From NCBI RefSeq assembly GCF_018977255.1, contig NW_024704742.1:61010001-61074000 (forward strand): 64,000 nucleotides of DNA, in the 5' to 3' direction. Numbering within the stretch: position 1 is the first letter of the stretch; each line of letters starts with the position of its first letter. This document shows, piece by piece, positions 1-13,541 of this stretch. Source of the DNA: Callorhinchus milii (taxonomy: Eukaryota). Under the pieces are notes generated by a model. That model saw only the letters and a program-made list of their open reading frames with translations, was not told where the DNA came from and searched no databases. The position numbers and the translations under genes were made by a program.

Positions 1-130
1 TTGGCTGCCGCGTTCGCCCACAAATATACAGTCAATTCACTTTACAGTGTGTTCTGTGAAGCGCTTTGGGACGTCCTCCCGATGTGAAAAGCGCTATATC
101 AAATGCAAGGATTATTATTATTATTATTAT
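1..130 (+). mobile_element. SINE 3' tail (further tails at 13875-13998 -, 15062-15240 +, 33520-33690 -, 43453-43640 +, 54335-54500 +, 60045-60200 +)
   Basis: ttggctgccgcgtt...gtcaattcactttacag...aagcgctttg...aaatgcaagga(tta)n. Confidence 0.85.
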
Positions 131-1390
131 AATTAATGACAGGAACAGGTTGCCAAAAAGGGTGGTTGAGGCCAGGACACTGGATTCATTTAAAAAAAAC
201 AGCTTGGTGCTGTGATGGGAAGTCAAAATACATAATCATAACACTTTACACTCAATCCTGTGAAACACCTTGAGATGTCCTCCCAACATGAAAGGTGCCA
301 TATCAAATGTAAAAATTATTGGTATTATTATGAAATGATGAGATCAAAGGCCCTTCTTCATCCAAACCAATCTTGTGATCTTGTGACCTAAGTATTCTTG
401 AAAAACACTGATATCATTTGGAGGGGTTTGCCTATCCTTGGAAGTACCCATATGTATTTATGACATCAATCATGTTAGATAAATCTGATCTTCAGCACAG
501 TATTAGCATATAACCTTTCCAATCAAGGAAAACAAAATCGTGATAAGTAAATTTCTTCCAGGAATGATAAGTTCTACAACTAGGCTGTATTTATTTTTTG
601 TGTGATTCATAAAATAATCTTTGCATTTGACAAGCACCTTTCACGGCAGGAGGACATATTAAAAAGCTTCACAAGGTATACTGTAAAGTGTGTATTTTGT
701 AGGCAAATGTGACAGCCAGTTTGACCATAGCAATGTCACACAATAGCCATTAAGTGAGTAATTTCTTTATTGGGATATTGGGGGAGTATTGGCCATGTGA
801 CCAAGAGGCATTCCCTGGTATTTCCAAATCATTTTTTAAAAATATAGTTTTTCGAATCTCACCCTCAGCTTTGGTTTCCAGTCAGGATTGTGAAGTGCTT
901 TGGGACGTCCTTCGAACGTGAAAGACGCTGTATAAGTCTGTATTGTATAGTGCCATGGGATCTTTAACATCCAGCTGGTAGACACATCAAAGCAGCACCC
1001 TCCTTGACACATATTATAAGATGCTATAAATGCAAGTTGTTGCTGTCAGCATGGTTACTTGTGACTGCTATGTGGGAGATTCTACCAAATGGGGCTTTAG
1101 GATCTTTGAGAAGCTACTACCGGGTACTCAGTACTTGGCCTTGACAATCCCTGTTGGCAAGAATCAATTGATAATCCCTATTGATAATCTGTAACTGATT
1201 ACAACAACAACAAGATTACCCCTGTTATTAATTGGTGTTCGAGTGGATCCCGGAGAGTTATCCTGAGAATCACCTCAGATCCTGCTGGATCCATTACTTG
1301 CAAATCTTGTAAATTGGACCTCGCTGATTCGAATCTTCAGAAATGCTTTCACGGAGAGGTGTTTGTTTTCAAATTACTACAAGTACTTAC

Positions 1391-1513
1391 ATTTTTTCTT
1401 TGGTGGAGAATTCAACACGTGCAAAGCATGAAACCCAGTTTTCTTCAACTTGAAGTTATCTATTGGTGTTGTTCTGGAGACATTCCAAACACGCATGACA
1501 CCAACCTGAGAAT
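1391..1513 (-). CDS. WDR17: WDR17 coding exon 5 (gene continues beyond the left edge of the window)
   Basis: ttattag|(D)SQVGVMRVWNVSRTTPIDNFKLKKTGFHALHVLNSPPKKK+T|gtaagt; 123 nt. Confidence 0.95.
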
Positions 1514-1914
1514 CTAATAAATGAAAAAGAGGATAAAAATTGACATGTCCAAAAATTCTACTGAGCCTGTATGACCATTTTCTAATAAAATTTACAATTG
1601 GGCAGAATTGTAGAAAATTCTTAAATTCAGTCTTAACTTGGAATATGATTTTATGTGCTAAAACTAGGCAGAATTTGAGTCCCCAGAAATAACTAGACAG
1701 ACATTTTATTGACCAATGAATGTAACCATCTCCAAAATATCTTCCTGGACACGGATCCCTCTTTACATATCGACTATAATTAAGTATTTTGCCAACGCAG
1801 TTTTATCTATTTGGTTATTGTCACGAGCACAACATTCTCAACTTGTTTAAGTGCTTCGTTCAATTGACTAGGAAAGGATGCTGAGGAGAAGCTAAGGAAA
1901 ATCAGCAAAGGCCA

Positions 1915-2300
1915 AGAATGTGGTAGCGTTCTCATCTCTTACTCACAAGATTGTGGATTCAGGTCCCACGTCAGGATTTACTCTCTAATGCAGTGCTGAG
2001 GAGGCACTGCTTTGTCAGAGGTAGTGTCCTGTGGATGAGATGTTAAATCAAGGTCCTGTTTGCCTGTTCAGGTGAATGTTAAATATTCCACAGCATTATT
2101 TGAAAAGAAAAATGGGTTTCTCCCTGTATCCTGGCTAACAACCTTCCCAAATAAAATTGGTCATTCACTTCATGGCTGTTTGTCAGACATTGCTGTGTGT
2201 AATTTGGCTCCTGCAAAATACAGTCACTGCACTTTATAGTAAATCCTGTGAAATGCTTTGAGTCGGCCACCCCACATGTAAGGCACTATATCAATTCAAA
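1915..2300 (+). mobile_element. DeuSINE-like SINE (other copies at about 600-1000 -, 2815-3237 -, 11108-11480 -, 12370-12725 -, 20060-20990 -, 31455-31817 +, 63660-64000 -)
   Basis: ggatgagatgttaaa...tgcctgttcaggtg...tcctggctaac...catggctgtttgt is shared across these copies. Confidence 0.72.
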
Positions 2301-2309
2301 TGACATGAA

Positions 2310-2640
2310 TAACAAATTGCATTTATATAGCGTCTTTCACATTGGGAGGATGTCCCAAGGTGCTGAGAAGTCGAGGGTTTGCACTCAAGCTGGGGGTTGG
2401 ATTCAGGAGGGGTGGAGACCATGGGGTTAGGGAGGGGAAAGATGACCTAAGGCATGGTTAATGAGGAAGGTCTTGAGATGGACTAGAAGGAGGTGACAGA
2501 AGAGGCGAGGCGAAGGGATTCCGGGATGGAGTTCCAGAGCGTGGGCACAAAAAGGCTCAAAGCCTAACTGTCAATGATGGGGCGGGACAGATCGGGCCAC
2601 GTGAAGCAGCCCAATGCCTGCTGAGGGGAGTGGGTTGGTA
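2310..2640 (-). mobile_element. L2 3' end (a similar minus-strand end lies at 63310-63660; a degraded plus-strand piece at 5850-6390)
   Basis: Reverse complement of the L2 tail and of the ctctggaactccatccc motif. Confidence 0.75.
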
Positions 2641-4469
2641 AGCTGATCATTAATATGATAGCTGCAGTCACTTTAAATCATTGGAATGGTTAATAGTTGG
2701 TAGCTCCACTGGAGCTCACGCAGAGACAGAACTAATGACCTGAAAGACTGCAATTCCATTCAGTACCTGCCCACCCAGTAGGATCTGACAGTAAGGCAGC
2801 TCCAATCTTAGATAATAATAATCCCTCCATTTCACACTGCGCAAGTAAAAATGAAACATCTCAAAGCGCTTTACAAGCAATTGCTGTCAAGTGTGTTTTT
2901 GTAGGAAAACCATGCAGTTAATTTTCACATATGAATGACCCACAAAAAGCCACAAAGAAAATCATAATTTTTTCTGCAGGACACTGAGAGATACTCAGTT
3001 CTCTTGTCGAACAATTCCATGAAATCTGTACAATTCACCTGAATAGGCAGACGGAACCTAGGTTTAACATCTCAATTGAAGGACGGCACCTATGTGAAAC
3101 TGGAAAAGTAGTACTCTCACGGTGCCACAGTGAAATGTCAAAAGACACTGAGTCCCTGATGAGCTCAAGTTCCAATGTATGGCCTGAAGCCACAATCTTC
3201 TACCCCAGAGGCAAGCGTGACTGAGCTAAGGTGACACGCGAGGAAGGTAAGGACTGACACCAAAGGCATAATTCCACTGACAGCTCAGTTACAAATTAAC
3301 ATTTGAGCTTACACGGATACGAAATCTAACATTTAAGGTGAAGTTTGTATCAGAACTGGCTCCTGGATCCAGATCTTACACTGAAAGTTGAACTCACCAG
3401 AACGAAACTCAGCAGACTTTAAGGGTGTGATTTGTCAGATCCACGCTACTTTCAATCAGGCTATGAAAATCAAACTCTCGTGTTTTTTTTAAACTTACAA
3501 GGAGCAGGTCATATGAGTGTCTTTAGTAATGTGAATAACATATATACTAACGTAAATAATATAACATAAGAATATACTAATAATAACATGAGAACAGGTC
3601 ATACAACTGACTTCAACAATGTTAATAATGTATATACTGAATACTAATATAATTATGTAACATATAGTAATAAGTTATAACAATAACATAATGATATACT
3701 TGTAATAACATATAACTGGCTTCATTAATGTGAAGATGCTCTGCACAAGGCTGGACCACTTGAGAGCTTTGAGCAGACTTCAGAATATAAGCCCCGTGCC
3801 TGGGTGTCAAACACATTGCTCCTGAAACCAAGATCACAACTCTCTCTCAACCAGTTTATTCTATCTAGTTAGTTGCAAATCACTGCCAAAATTGTGACAA
3901 GGGTTAAGCTAGTATCCTGTAACCAGTGCTCCAACAGGGACACTGCATGATTAAAAGTGCAATAGCCACAGCAGGTATCATTGGGCCCAACCATTGTCAA
4001 AGAGTTGGGGGGGTGGGGGAGGGCAATTCAGACCCATGAACTAGTCCTTAGGTATCAACTGTCATGACCGCATTTTTCGACAGTATGATAAATAGCATCA
4101 ATAATAATTACACATCATAGATCGCAATTTTCACCTCTATTTTCAGAACTTTGTTAAATTTGGGTGTGTGGTGCCGTTTCAATGACCTGAAATGCACTAT
4201 TATTAAATGCAAGGATTATTTTTATTATTATTATTATGAATTAATGCCCTGACAAACTTCCAGGTTTGATTTATAATAATAATAATTTAATAATAATCCT
4301 TGTATTTGATAGAGCACCTCATCACATTTTCGAGATGTCTCAAAGCACTTCACGGGATGTGATGTAAAATGGTGGGACTAATTGTATTTTGAACGCAAAT
4401 ATGGCAGCCAAGTGTGTGAGAACAAATCCAGATTTGAGTACTGTTTGAATACTAATGCAAAGTTCCTAC

Positions 4470-4721
4470 CTCCAGTTATAAACATGCCCGGAGCACTGGG
4501 AACCCAAGCTAAACACTGCACTGATGCAGCTGCGCTGGGAAAGCTGAACGTTGTGATGGAGGACAGCGATTCTGAATCAACTAATCGAATTCCATTGTGT
4601 AGATTAGCAACCAGCAGGTAGTCAGTGGAGAGAGGATCCCATTCCAGAGCCGTCACTGGATCCTCTTCATCTGTTCCTTCCAGGGATTCTGGCCTCAGTA
4701 CGTGCTTCTGGCTCTTGCAAC
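4470..4721 (-). CDS. WDR17: WDR17 coding exon 4
   Basis: catcatcag|(G)CKSQKHVLRPESLEGTDEEDPVTALEWDPLSTDYLLVANLHNGIRLVDSESLSSITTFSFPSAAASVQCLAWVPSAPGMFITG+G|gtagga; 252 nt. Confidence 0.96.
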
Positions 4722-5318
4722 CTGATGATGGGAGTGTATCATATTAAACAAAATAACATAATGTTTCTAAACACATTTTTTTTGTTGCAGAAAATAACAT
4801 TAAATGTACAATATTCAGTGCCCTCCAAAGTTTTAAAAAAAAGTCAAATTATAATAATCCTTGCATTTGTTATTGCGAATTTCACTTCAGGAAGATGTGT
4901 CAAGAGTTTCACAGCAACGTGCAGTGTATTTTTTATGTGGGTAAACTCCTCCCTGGTCTGTACTGAGTTAGCAGAACTCAGCCTCATGCCTGTGAATTGA
5001 AGATCCCGTGGCACTATTCAAAAAGAGAAGGGTAACGATCTCCCAAATAAAACTGGTCATTCACTTTACGGCTGTCACTGTTGAGTGCAACATCGGAAGC
5101 AGCTTTCGCCTTCAGCCACTACACTGTACAGTGGATCCTGTGAAACACTTGAAGACATCCTCCCATCATGAAAGTCGTTCCATCAAATGCAAGTATTATT
5201 ATTATTTTCTTTATTATTATCATCATATTATATGTGCTAAATAAGTATCTTATAACTCAAAATAAGTCAACTAACATAGCTTGGAAGCTGTGGGGCAATG
5301 TTAATGATCGAGGCCTAC

Positions 5319-5549
5319 CGGGCTGAAAGATAGATAGGCTTCCATCCGTGTGGCCAAAGGCCACCTTTCCTTTCTTTTTGGGATGCCACCTGAAGAGACA
5401 GATGTCGGACAGGAAGCTGTGCGCCTCTTTATGCACTGCTACCCCATTGTCTGGTCCGGAGATTGTCCAGATGTACAATGGGCCTCGATGAGACACAAAC
5501 GCCACAGCATCTCTCGAATCCCAACACCAGCTGATTGAAGCAGGAATCC
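5319..5549 (-). CDS. WDR17: WDR17 coding exon 3
   Basis: ttattcag|(G)IPASISWCWDSRDAVAFVSHRGPLYIWTISGPDNGVAVHKEAHSFLSDICLFRWHPKKKGKVAFGHTDGSLSIFQP+G|gtaggc; 231 nt, phase 1-1. Confidence 0.96.
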
Positions 5550-6469
5550 CTGAATAACCATACAGGGTTTAAATGATTTTTGCAAAGCTTGTTTTGCAAA
5601 CAAATTTCAGCAATGCCTTAAGAGTGAGATAGTAGTTACAAAACAGTTTAGATTAAATCTTCAAACTTTACATTCTCGTATTAGTTTCTCAAAATACATA
5701 TTCCTTCACCTCTGCCACGTTACCCACTTCTGCCCCTATTTTACACCAAATGTTACCGAAACCCTTAATCACACTTTTGTTCAAGCCCCCGCCCCGCACG
5801 CTACCTTGCATAAAGGGCGTTATATAAATGCAAGTTGGTGTTGTGGAAGTTGGTACCTCCCGCCTTGATGTCTCTAACAAACTCTTCATCAGTCTCCCCA
5901 GTTCGACCTTCCACAAGTTCCAGCTAATCCCAAATTCCACTTCCTGTAATCTTACCCACACAAACTTTGTACCTGAATCACTCCAATCCTCATCAGGCTC
6001 CACCACCTAACAGATCAAGTTCATGTCCTCACTGTTACATATAAATTCTTTATGCATCAGCATCTCCCTATCTTTCTGATCTCCTTGTATCCCACTCCTC
6101 TGCCTGTATGCAGCTAATACAGGATTTCTGCGCATCCCCCAACCAAATAGTTCTACAATCAGTGTGTAAACCTTCAGACACTACAGCCATAACCTCTGTA
6201 ACTCCCTGCCTCTACTCATCCGCCTCAGCCCCTCCAACTTTAAATCCCTCCTTAAAACCAAGTTCTTCGACTATGATTATCTCCCCCTTCCTTTGTCGTT
6301 GTTCAGCGTCCAACCCCACCACCACTGTGAACTGCGAGACATTATTCCTACATGAAGGGTTCTATATAAAATAAAAGCAAATCGTTGTTGTTCATTATCT
6401 GCTACCAAAACGCAGTTGTCTCCCAGGCACAAAACCAGTGCATAGATAAAAACATAAATGGCACTGCAC

Positions 6470-6653
6470 CTTTTGTATTATCCAGTCTGACTACCACTTT
6501 CTGTTCTGCCACGTTCCAAATGATAACAAGGTTGTCTGCACTGGCGCTGGCAAACATGTCAGGGTTGTGAGGATACCAAGAGATGGCTGTGATGGTCTTT
6601 TTGTGTTCAGACATGATTGCATAAAGCTTGAATTCATTGTATCTGTGATCAAG
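6470..6653 (-). CDS. WDR17: WDR17 coding exon 2
   Basis: gtttcag|LDHRYNEFKLYAIMSEHKKTITAISWYPHNPDMFASASADNLVIIWNVAEQKVVVRLDNTK+G|gtgcag; 184 nt; contains a WD40 repeat. Confidence 0.96.
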
Positions 6654-7742
6654 CTGAAACATAAGGTGAAGCAAATTAGAATTTTTTTTTAAACCGAGCA
6701 AGTGACAATCAAGATAATTTACCTGCCTTTCCCTGGCTGCAAAGAACCAAACTCTGTGGTTTCGCCACATGTGACCCTGCTCACTGACTGCCAGTGACCC
6801 AACACCTCGCCTCGGGGATACGTCACAGCTGCAGACCACCTCACTCTCTGCGGGAGATTAGGGATTGGATGATTACCTCCAATTAGGATGTGGTGGATCA
6901 GGCCAAAATGTAAATGGAGACTGCTGTGAGAGGAACATTTTACAACACGACAGGGAAGAGATAGATCCCCTGCCTGCAGGGGAGCCATCTTCATTCGCTC
7001 AATTGTCCTCCATGCACAAGAAAAGAAAAGGGAAATCACAAAGACCATTTCCTGTTCAACTTTCCATTTTTGGACTTGAAGACTTTTTTTTCTTTCTCAA
7101 CTGCACCTCCAGGGCTGAAAGAAGCAGTGTAAGAATTAAGCATAACTATTCTTAATATCGTTGAATCATGGAAATTTCAGTACAAAAAGAGGGCCTTCGG
7201 CACACTCTTCACTGGAGCAGTAGACTCCAATCCCATTTCCCTACTCTTTCTCCATACTCCTTTTTTTCTTCAAGTATCTTAAATGACGGAATTTACAGGG
7301 CTTCAATAGTCACTTGGGTTAATATCTACAATTGTCTACTTGACCGCTTGCTTCCCCACTGCTTGTCCAGCTAGGACCACCAGACTCTTTGGGGCTTTGG
7401 CTTGCAGGCTTAAAAGGAATTGAGTGGGAAGAATCGCTGTCCTCAATGGGAGACTGCCCCGCCAGGGCCTGCTAATAATTCAGGTTGACCGATCTGTCAT
7501 CTGAGTGCCCTGGAGTATTGCAGATCTGCCTGGCTCAGGAACCAGACTTTCGAGACTGCCACAGAGGGTTGACTCGATTCCGACACTCTGCTCCCAAGCA
7601 CGTCATCTTCAACACTCCACCTTCATACACGAAAAACAAGTAGGTTCACGCAGGTCAGCACAAGTTGGAGATGGGAAAATTACAAACCAAATCTTATTTT
7701 CCTGAACTCTTTGGCTCACTCACTGTCAGTACTTAGCCTCAC

Positions 7743-7865
7743 CTGATAAATATAAATAGCCAATGTGGCACAGTATGCAAATCTGTCTCCATTGGCAACA
7801 CAGACATCTTTGTTCCATGGCTGACATCCAGCAGCCAAAAGGCCGACCTGTTTAACCTGCGACAT
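7743..7865 (-). CDS. WDR17: WD repeat-containing protein 17, first coding exon (exon extends to 7871, giving 6 nt of 5'UTR)
   Basis: Minus strand reads ttttgcag|gtgaag ATG TCG CAG GTT..., translating MSQVKQVGLLAAGCQPWNKDVCVANGDRFAYCATLAIYIYQ, then donor gtgagg. Matches the WDR17 N-terminus as I recall it; 123 nt, phase 0. Confidence 0.96.
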
Positions 7866-8039
7866 CTTCACCTGCAAAATTAGAATTCAACATTGTCAAT
7901 CAGAAGCCACTTAACTCCATTTATCAATATTCAAAAATAAATATTCTTCTTCTCAGCAGCAGTGAAATGCCGATTGTGGAAACCATAAATCCCTTTAACG
8001 GAATGAGACAAATGCTTGAAAAAGAGGAACATTAATATT

Positions 8040-8480
8040 GATAATAATCCTTCCATTTGGTAAAGCACATTTCATATCAGAAGGACGTTTCAAAGTGCTT
8101 CACACGATTTACTGTAATGTGGAGTGACTGTGTATTTGTAAACAAACTCAGCAGCCCATTTGTGCAAGGCAACATACCACAAACAGCCATGAAATGAATG
8201 AGTGATTTTATTTGAGAGATTGTTGGCCAGGACACTGGGAGAAACTGTCTTCTCTTTATGAACAGTGCCATGGGATCTTTAAGGTCCACTTGAACAGGCA
8301 GTCGGGACCTCGGTTTAACGTCTCATCTGTGGGATAGCAGCTCTGACAATGCAACACACCCCCAGCACTGCAACTGGAATGTGATCTTAGACTATGTGAG
8401 TTCAAGTACCGATGTAAACTTTTTGGTAGTTAACATTCTGACTCAGATGCGAGATTATTACTAAGTGATCCAGGCTGACG
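8040..8480 (-). mobile_element. DeuSINE-like SINE, near full length
   Basis: Reverse complement aligns with 47003-47390. Confidence 0.75.
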
Positions 8481-8571
8481 CCTATTTAATAATATTAAAG
8501 GGCATTCAGGAAGGTGGGATTATATTAGGTGACTCTTGTGGAGAAAAGCTCGAATGCAGACATGACGGACC

Positions 8572-9030
8572 TGTCACGGTCATCTTGCTTTGAATGCTCT
8601 ACCTCTTTTTAAGGATATTACTGTAGATAGTTTGTGTACATAGTTTGTGTAAAATAAGACACTTTCGCTTTAAGGGACCAGAGTATAATTTTAAAATGGT
8701 AAGGACAGCTTTGGTGACTCGAAGTATGTGACCTGGGTGAGTGTTGTAACATAAAAGATGGGAAAGGATTACGTGGGTCCTGGGGCGAGAATCTACTGAT
8801 ACATTGGAAGTGGAGGAGTTTGGAAAATATAAAAGGAGTTTATTAAACTTTTCGGGGTTTATTAAACTCAGGGTCACTCTTTGCCTTTGGTGTCATCAAG
8901 GAGGTATGTGCCTGACCTGAGAGCTTTGCCTCCAGATCAAGATTGTTTTTCCTTTGTCAACTAACTTTGGGTAAAGTTGCAATGTCATAGTTATAGTGTC
9001 AGGGTTTTTCTGTTTCTTAACGTTGTGACC
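8572..9030 (+). mobile_element. Possible solo LTR
   Basis: Begins tgtcacgg, ends gttgtgac(c), internal tataaaag at about 8828; no clear TSD. Confidence 0.35.
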
Positions 9031-10059
9031 GTTTCTCATGTTTCCGGGCAGTGTTACTGAAGGTTTAATTACCAAACACTGTTGAGATTTCTATGCAGTG
9101 CTTCTCAAGTCTATTAAATTTAAGGAGGGAGGGAAAACACAAACAGGTTACTGTGGAAGTCAGATGTCTAGTAGTGCGAAGGACACTGATGAAAGCAATA
9201 AGTTGTTGTGCAATAAGGATTACCTGTCATCGTGTGTACATTCTCATTAATGGAGTTTCACTCAGAAAGGGAACTTCCACGATACAGAGAAGGGATCTAA
9301 ACAGAAGCCACAAAGTACACCAGGCGCTCTGTCATAATATGGGTATACAATTAGGGGTGAGAACCATCTCAGTCCAATTGTCTTATTTCTGTACTGTAAC
9401 GTTCTGATTCAATTATATAGTTGATATGTAGTTAAAGCAAATATGATGCAAATGGAAGGTTATATGATCCAGTCAGCAGGAGGGAAGGAAAATCAACACC
9501 ACAATATTGACAGCCTTTATCATTACCTCTCCCCCGATTGCCAAGACCCTCATCATGCTTTCATTACTGCCTGGCTCAGTAGTAGAACTCTCGCCTCTGA
9601 GTCAGAAGGTTGTAGGTTCAAACCCCATGTCGGGCCATGGAATCACATAGTCTAAGATGACACTCCAATTCAGGGGGGGTGTTGCATTGTCAGAGGCTCA
9701 TGATCATTAAGCCATGACCGAGCTCTGTTAAACCACAAAATCTATTATAATGCATACTATAATGCATATAATATTCACTTAATATCCCAACATTTTTTCA
9801 ACAGCTTCCAAACCTATATAAGAAATAATATAACATATAGCAAGCAAATTAGTTTTCCAGATCCCTTGCACTTCTGTAGATGTGCAATATAATGGTTTGC
9901 TCTGGAAATGAACAAAATGTGGTTTTATTTGTGCAATTGCTCAGTAGTTTGAGAAAGGCAATAAATTAGACTTCTTTTGAAAAATGTGCTAAGGCAGAAA
10001 TATTGTTAGAATTAATCTGAGTGTGACCAGAATGTGGGCTGGTTTCTCATTTTTCTCTC

Positions 10060-10540
10060 ATCCCTTGTCACCTCAAGGCTCGACTTCAGAAACTCCCTCC
10101 TTGTCGGCCTCCCCAACTCTTCCCTCCACAAGCTGCAGATCATCCAGAACTCTGCAGCTCATGTCCTCTCCTCACCAGGCTCCATGACCCCATCACCCCC
10201 ACCCTCACCCGACTCCACTGGCTCCCCATCCCCCAGACGATAGAGTTCAAAATCCTCTTCCTCACTTTCAAGGCCCTCCATGGCCTTGCCCCTTCATACC
10301 TCTCTGATCTGCTAAGCCCTTATCAACCTGTCCCCTGACTCAGTTCAGCGGGCTCCGGCCTGCTCCATATCTCTCACCTGACCTGTCCTACTATTGGCGG
10401 CCGGGCTTTCAGCTTCTCTGCCCCCACCTTCTGGAACTACATTCCACAATCCCTTCACCTTGCTCCCTCCATTGCCTCCTTCAAGGTATGACTCAAGACC
10501 CTCCTTTTCAACAGTGCCTTCAGCCGCCCTCCTCCCTCCT
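10060..10540 (+). mobile_element. L2 3' fragment
   Basis: [31 protein letters not shown]. Confidence 0.9.
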
Positions 10541-12007
10541 ACGTAATCTTGCCTTAAGCAAGAGTTGAGAGCATTTCAAGAAATAAACCAATTTAGAGTG
10601 GTAGATGGCATTTATATGTTTGCTTTAAAGTAACACTCAATGGGACAAGTGCAATGAAGCACGTGCAGAGAACTAAGGTTTTCAAGAGCTGGGAGGGCGA
10701 CCAGCAACTTAATAACTTCAAAAAGTTCTGGATCAGTCCAATTGCATGTTAAAGGTGATATTTTTGAGTCGAGTTCAAACTCAGTTGACCTTCCATTTCT
10801 GTGCTGCAGTGATGTGAACTTCTCCCTGGGTTTTTAACCAACGGGCTCCATTGTCATTACGTTCAGCAATACAAACTCAAATTTCATTTATACTCTGATT
10901 TTTGCAGCATGCTATTTAACCACAAGTAGTGCAATATAAATAGATAATAAATAATATAATTTTTTCTTTTTCTTGCTTTCACGTTAAAAGATTTTTAAGA
11001 CTTAAGACAAAATAAATTGCAACACTTGGGAGGCTATTTAGTTAAATTATTTTTGTGAACAAAGCTTTGTATGTTTTAAATAATCGATATTCGAAATACA
11101 AACAGCATATAATAATTCTTGCATTTGATATAGCACTTTATCATGCCATTGAAATGCATCACAGAATTTTACTGTAAAGTGTCAGGATTGTGCATTTATA
11201 GATAAACTCAGCAGTCAATTTGCACATACCAATGACACACAAACTGCCATGAAGTAAATAACCAATTTTATCAGGGAGATTGCTGGCCAGGACACAGGCA
11301 ATTGATCAAATAGTGCCATTGGATCTTTAACATCCATCTGTACAGGCGAACAGGATCTCGGTTTAGTGTCTCATCCGAAAGATGGCACCGCTAACAATGC
11401 TGCACTTCCCGAGGCAGTGCACTGAATTTTTAGCCTAGAATATGAGCTCAAAGTCTTGAACCCCCAACGTTCTGAGCCAGACTGACAGCAAATCAGAGGT
11501 ACAATAAGCTTCATGGCCCTAAAAATACTGTCTTAAATTCAGTCATAATTTGAAAGCCGCTTTTCCCTCGTTCCTAAGGGCTAAGAATTTGTGCAATTTC
11601 AAGCCTCAGGTGTTGGAAAGTACAAGGGCTTTACTGTAAGTACATGAAAATTCTCTCCTTTATAACATTTATTTGTCCTCGTAATACAAGGATTATGATT
11701 GTTAATCTGATAAACTGCTTCATTCTTGTGGCCCCATTAGACAGGGTATATAGAGCTCCAATAATGCACATTAAAGAGCCTGAAGCTCTCCTTGGAAATA
11801 AAGGCATCTTTCTTTGTAACTCTTATCATTAACTACCACTGGCAGAGAGAGATTCTCAAAAAAAATACAATCCGTGTTTAGTAAAACAGGATTATTGTAC
11901 TTGGGACTTATATATTGCCTGCAGTACTGAGTCTACCAGACACATTTGGTAAAAATTTGAAGTGATCATTTCATTTTAGATGTGTACTATGTTTAAAATA
12001 TAGATTT

Positions 12008-12319
12008 GTGGAGTCCTGTAGCTCAGTGGTTAGAGCACTCGCCTTGCAAGCGAGACACTTGGTTTCAATTCCAGGCAGGGCGAAACCTTGGGCAAGTTTT
12101 CTTACTCCACACGCCTAATAATAATCCCTCCAAAAAACAAACACAATAATACATTGGTCATTTTCAATCCACGACTGTTTGTGGGACACTGCTATACGCA
12201 ATTGGCTGCTGCGTTTGCCCACAAATATACGGTCAATTCACTTTACAGTCTATTCTGTGAAGCGCTTTGAGACGTCGAGAAGACGTGAAATGCAAGGATT
12301 ATTATTATTATATTATTAT
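12008..12319 (+). mobile_element. tRNA-Ala-derived SINE, full length, short form
   Basis: A box tagctcagtgg, anticodon arm ctcgc-cttgcaa-gcgag, B-box-like gtttcaattcc, body ccttgggcaag..., L2-like tail and (TTA)n. Confidence 0.9.
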
Positions 12320-13541
12320 AGATTTGGTCCCTTGTACTGCTATTCTAAAGTGCATTTATTATAGTCCCTTATCACATTGTCACTATGTCTCAAAGCGTTC
12401 TACAGGATATATTGTAAAGTGATTTTACTGTGTATTTTGTGGGCAAAACAATATCCCACAGACATGCATGAAACAAATGAACAATTTTATTTGGGAGATT
12501 TGTTGGCCAGGACATCAGGAGAAACTCCCCTCTCTTCTTGAATAGTGCCATGGCATCTTTAACATCCACCTGTACAAGCAGTCAGAACCTCAGTTTAATA
12601 TCTCATCAAAAGGACGGCACCTCATTGGAGTGCCAGCTTAGACAAAGTGATTCCAAGTCCAATGTGGGATTTGAAACCATAAACTTCTGAGTCAGAGGCA
12701 ACAGTGCTGCCATGGAGCCAGTCTGGAAGGAAATAAATAAAACGTTTACAATATAGAAATGGGTAATTCTGCCCAACTAGTTTGTGCTGTGTTTATTTTC
12801 TGAACAAGCCTCCAACCTTCCTAACCTCCTCTTCCAGAATCCTCTATTATCTCTCACTCTCAGAGGGTGCATTGAGGTACTAAGGTAGTCTAACACTTTA
12901 AAACCATTGAGAACAATCTTTCTTGCTAGCTGTATATACTCATCCCAACATATATTTAAAGATAAATGAATGGGCTTCAACTTCACAAAATGTTGTGTTA
13001 TCATTAACTTAATTAAATGAGCATAAACATACAAATAAATCTGTACTGATGCAAACTTGATGCTTTTGGGTTCAGAACTTCAAATGATTTGGATCCATGA
13101 AGCCTATTAATACAGTATTGCCCACCTTATCTTGATCAATAAAAAGACAAAGAGTAACAGGGACAGACAAAGTCACAGATATTCTTCGATTCCCATAAGT
13201 TTTGAATGTGATCTTGGTGCTCAATAAATGTAGAAAAATGTTGCACTCTTTAAAAAATTGGAAAAAAAAACATCCAGAAAGATTAAATGCACCATGCAGA
13301 CACGATCTTCAGATTATTAAATCAACTGCCCGAGGTTCAAAAACACTCATATCGATTATGAAGTGCATTTACAGTGACACAAACACAGGAAACACTTTAG
13401 TGCATGGCCAAACTATTCAGCATACTAGCGTACACTTTGTATGTTTAGGGCACAGGACATGAGATTTCATGTAGGATGCATCGAGATGTAATTTTGCTCC
13501 AGATGAGTTGGAGCAATTCAACATACTACATCAACATCTTG

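Noticed and set aside
3500..3735. Degenerate AT-rich tandem units (caggtcata...aatgt.aataa)
   Set aside because: Low-complexity decayed duplication with no further structure.
12010..12082. tRNA-Ala(TGC)-like cloverleaf (also about 19630-19704 and 24660-24735)
   Set aside because: It continues directly into a SINE body and tail in several copies, so it is a SINE head rather than a tRNA gene.
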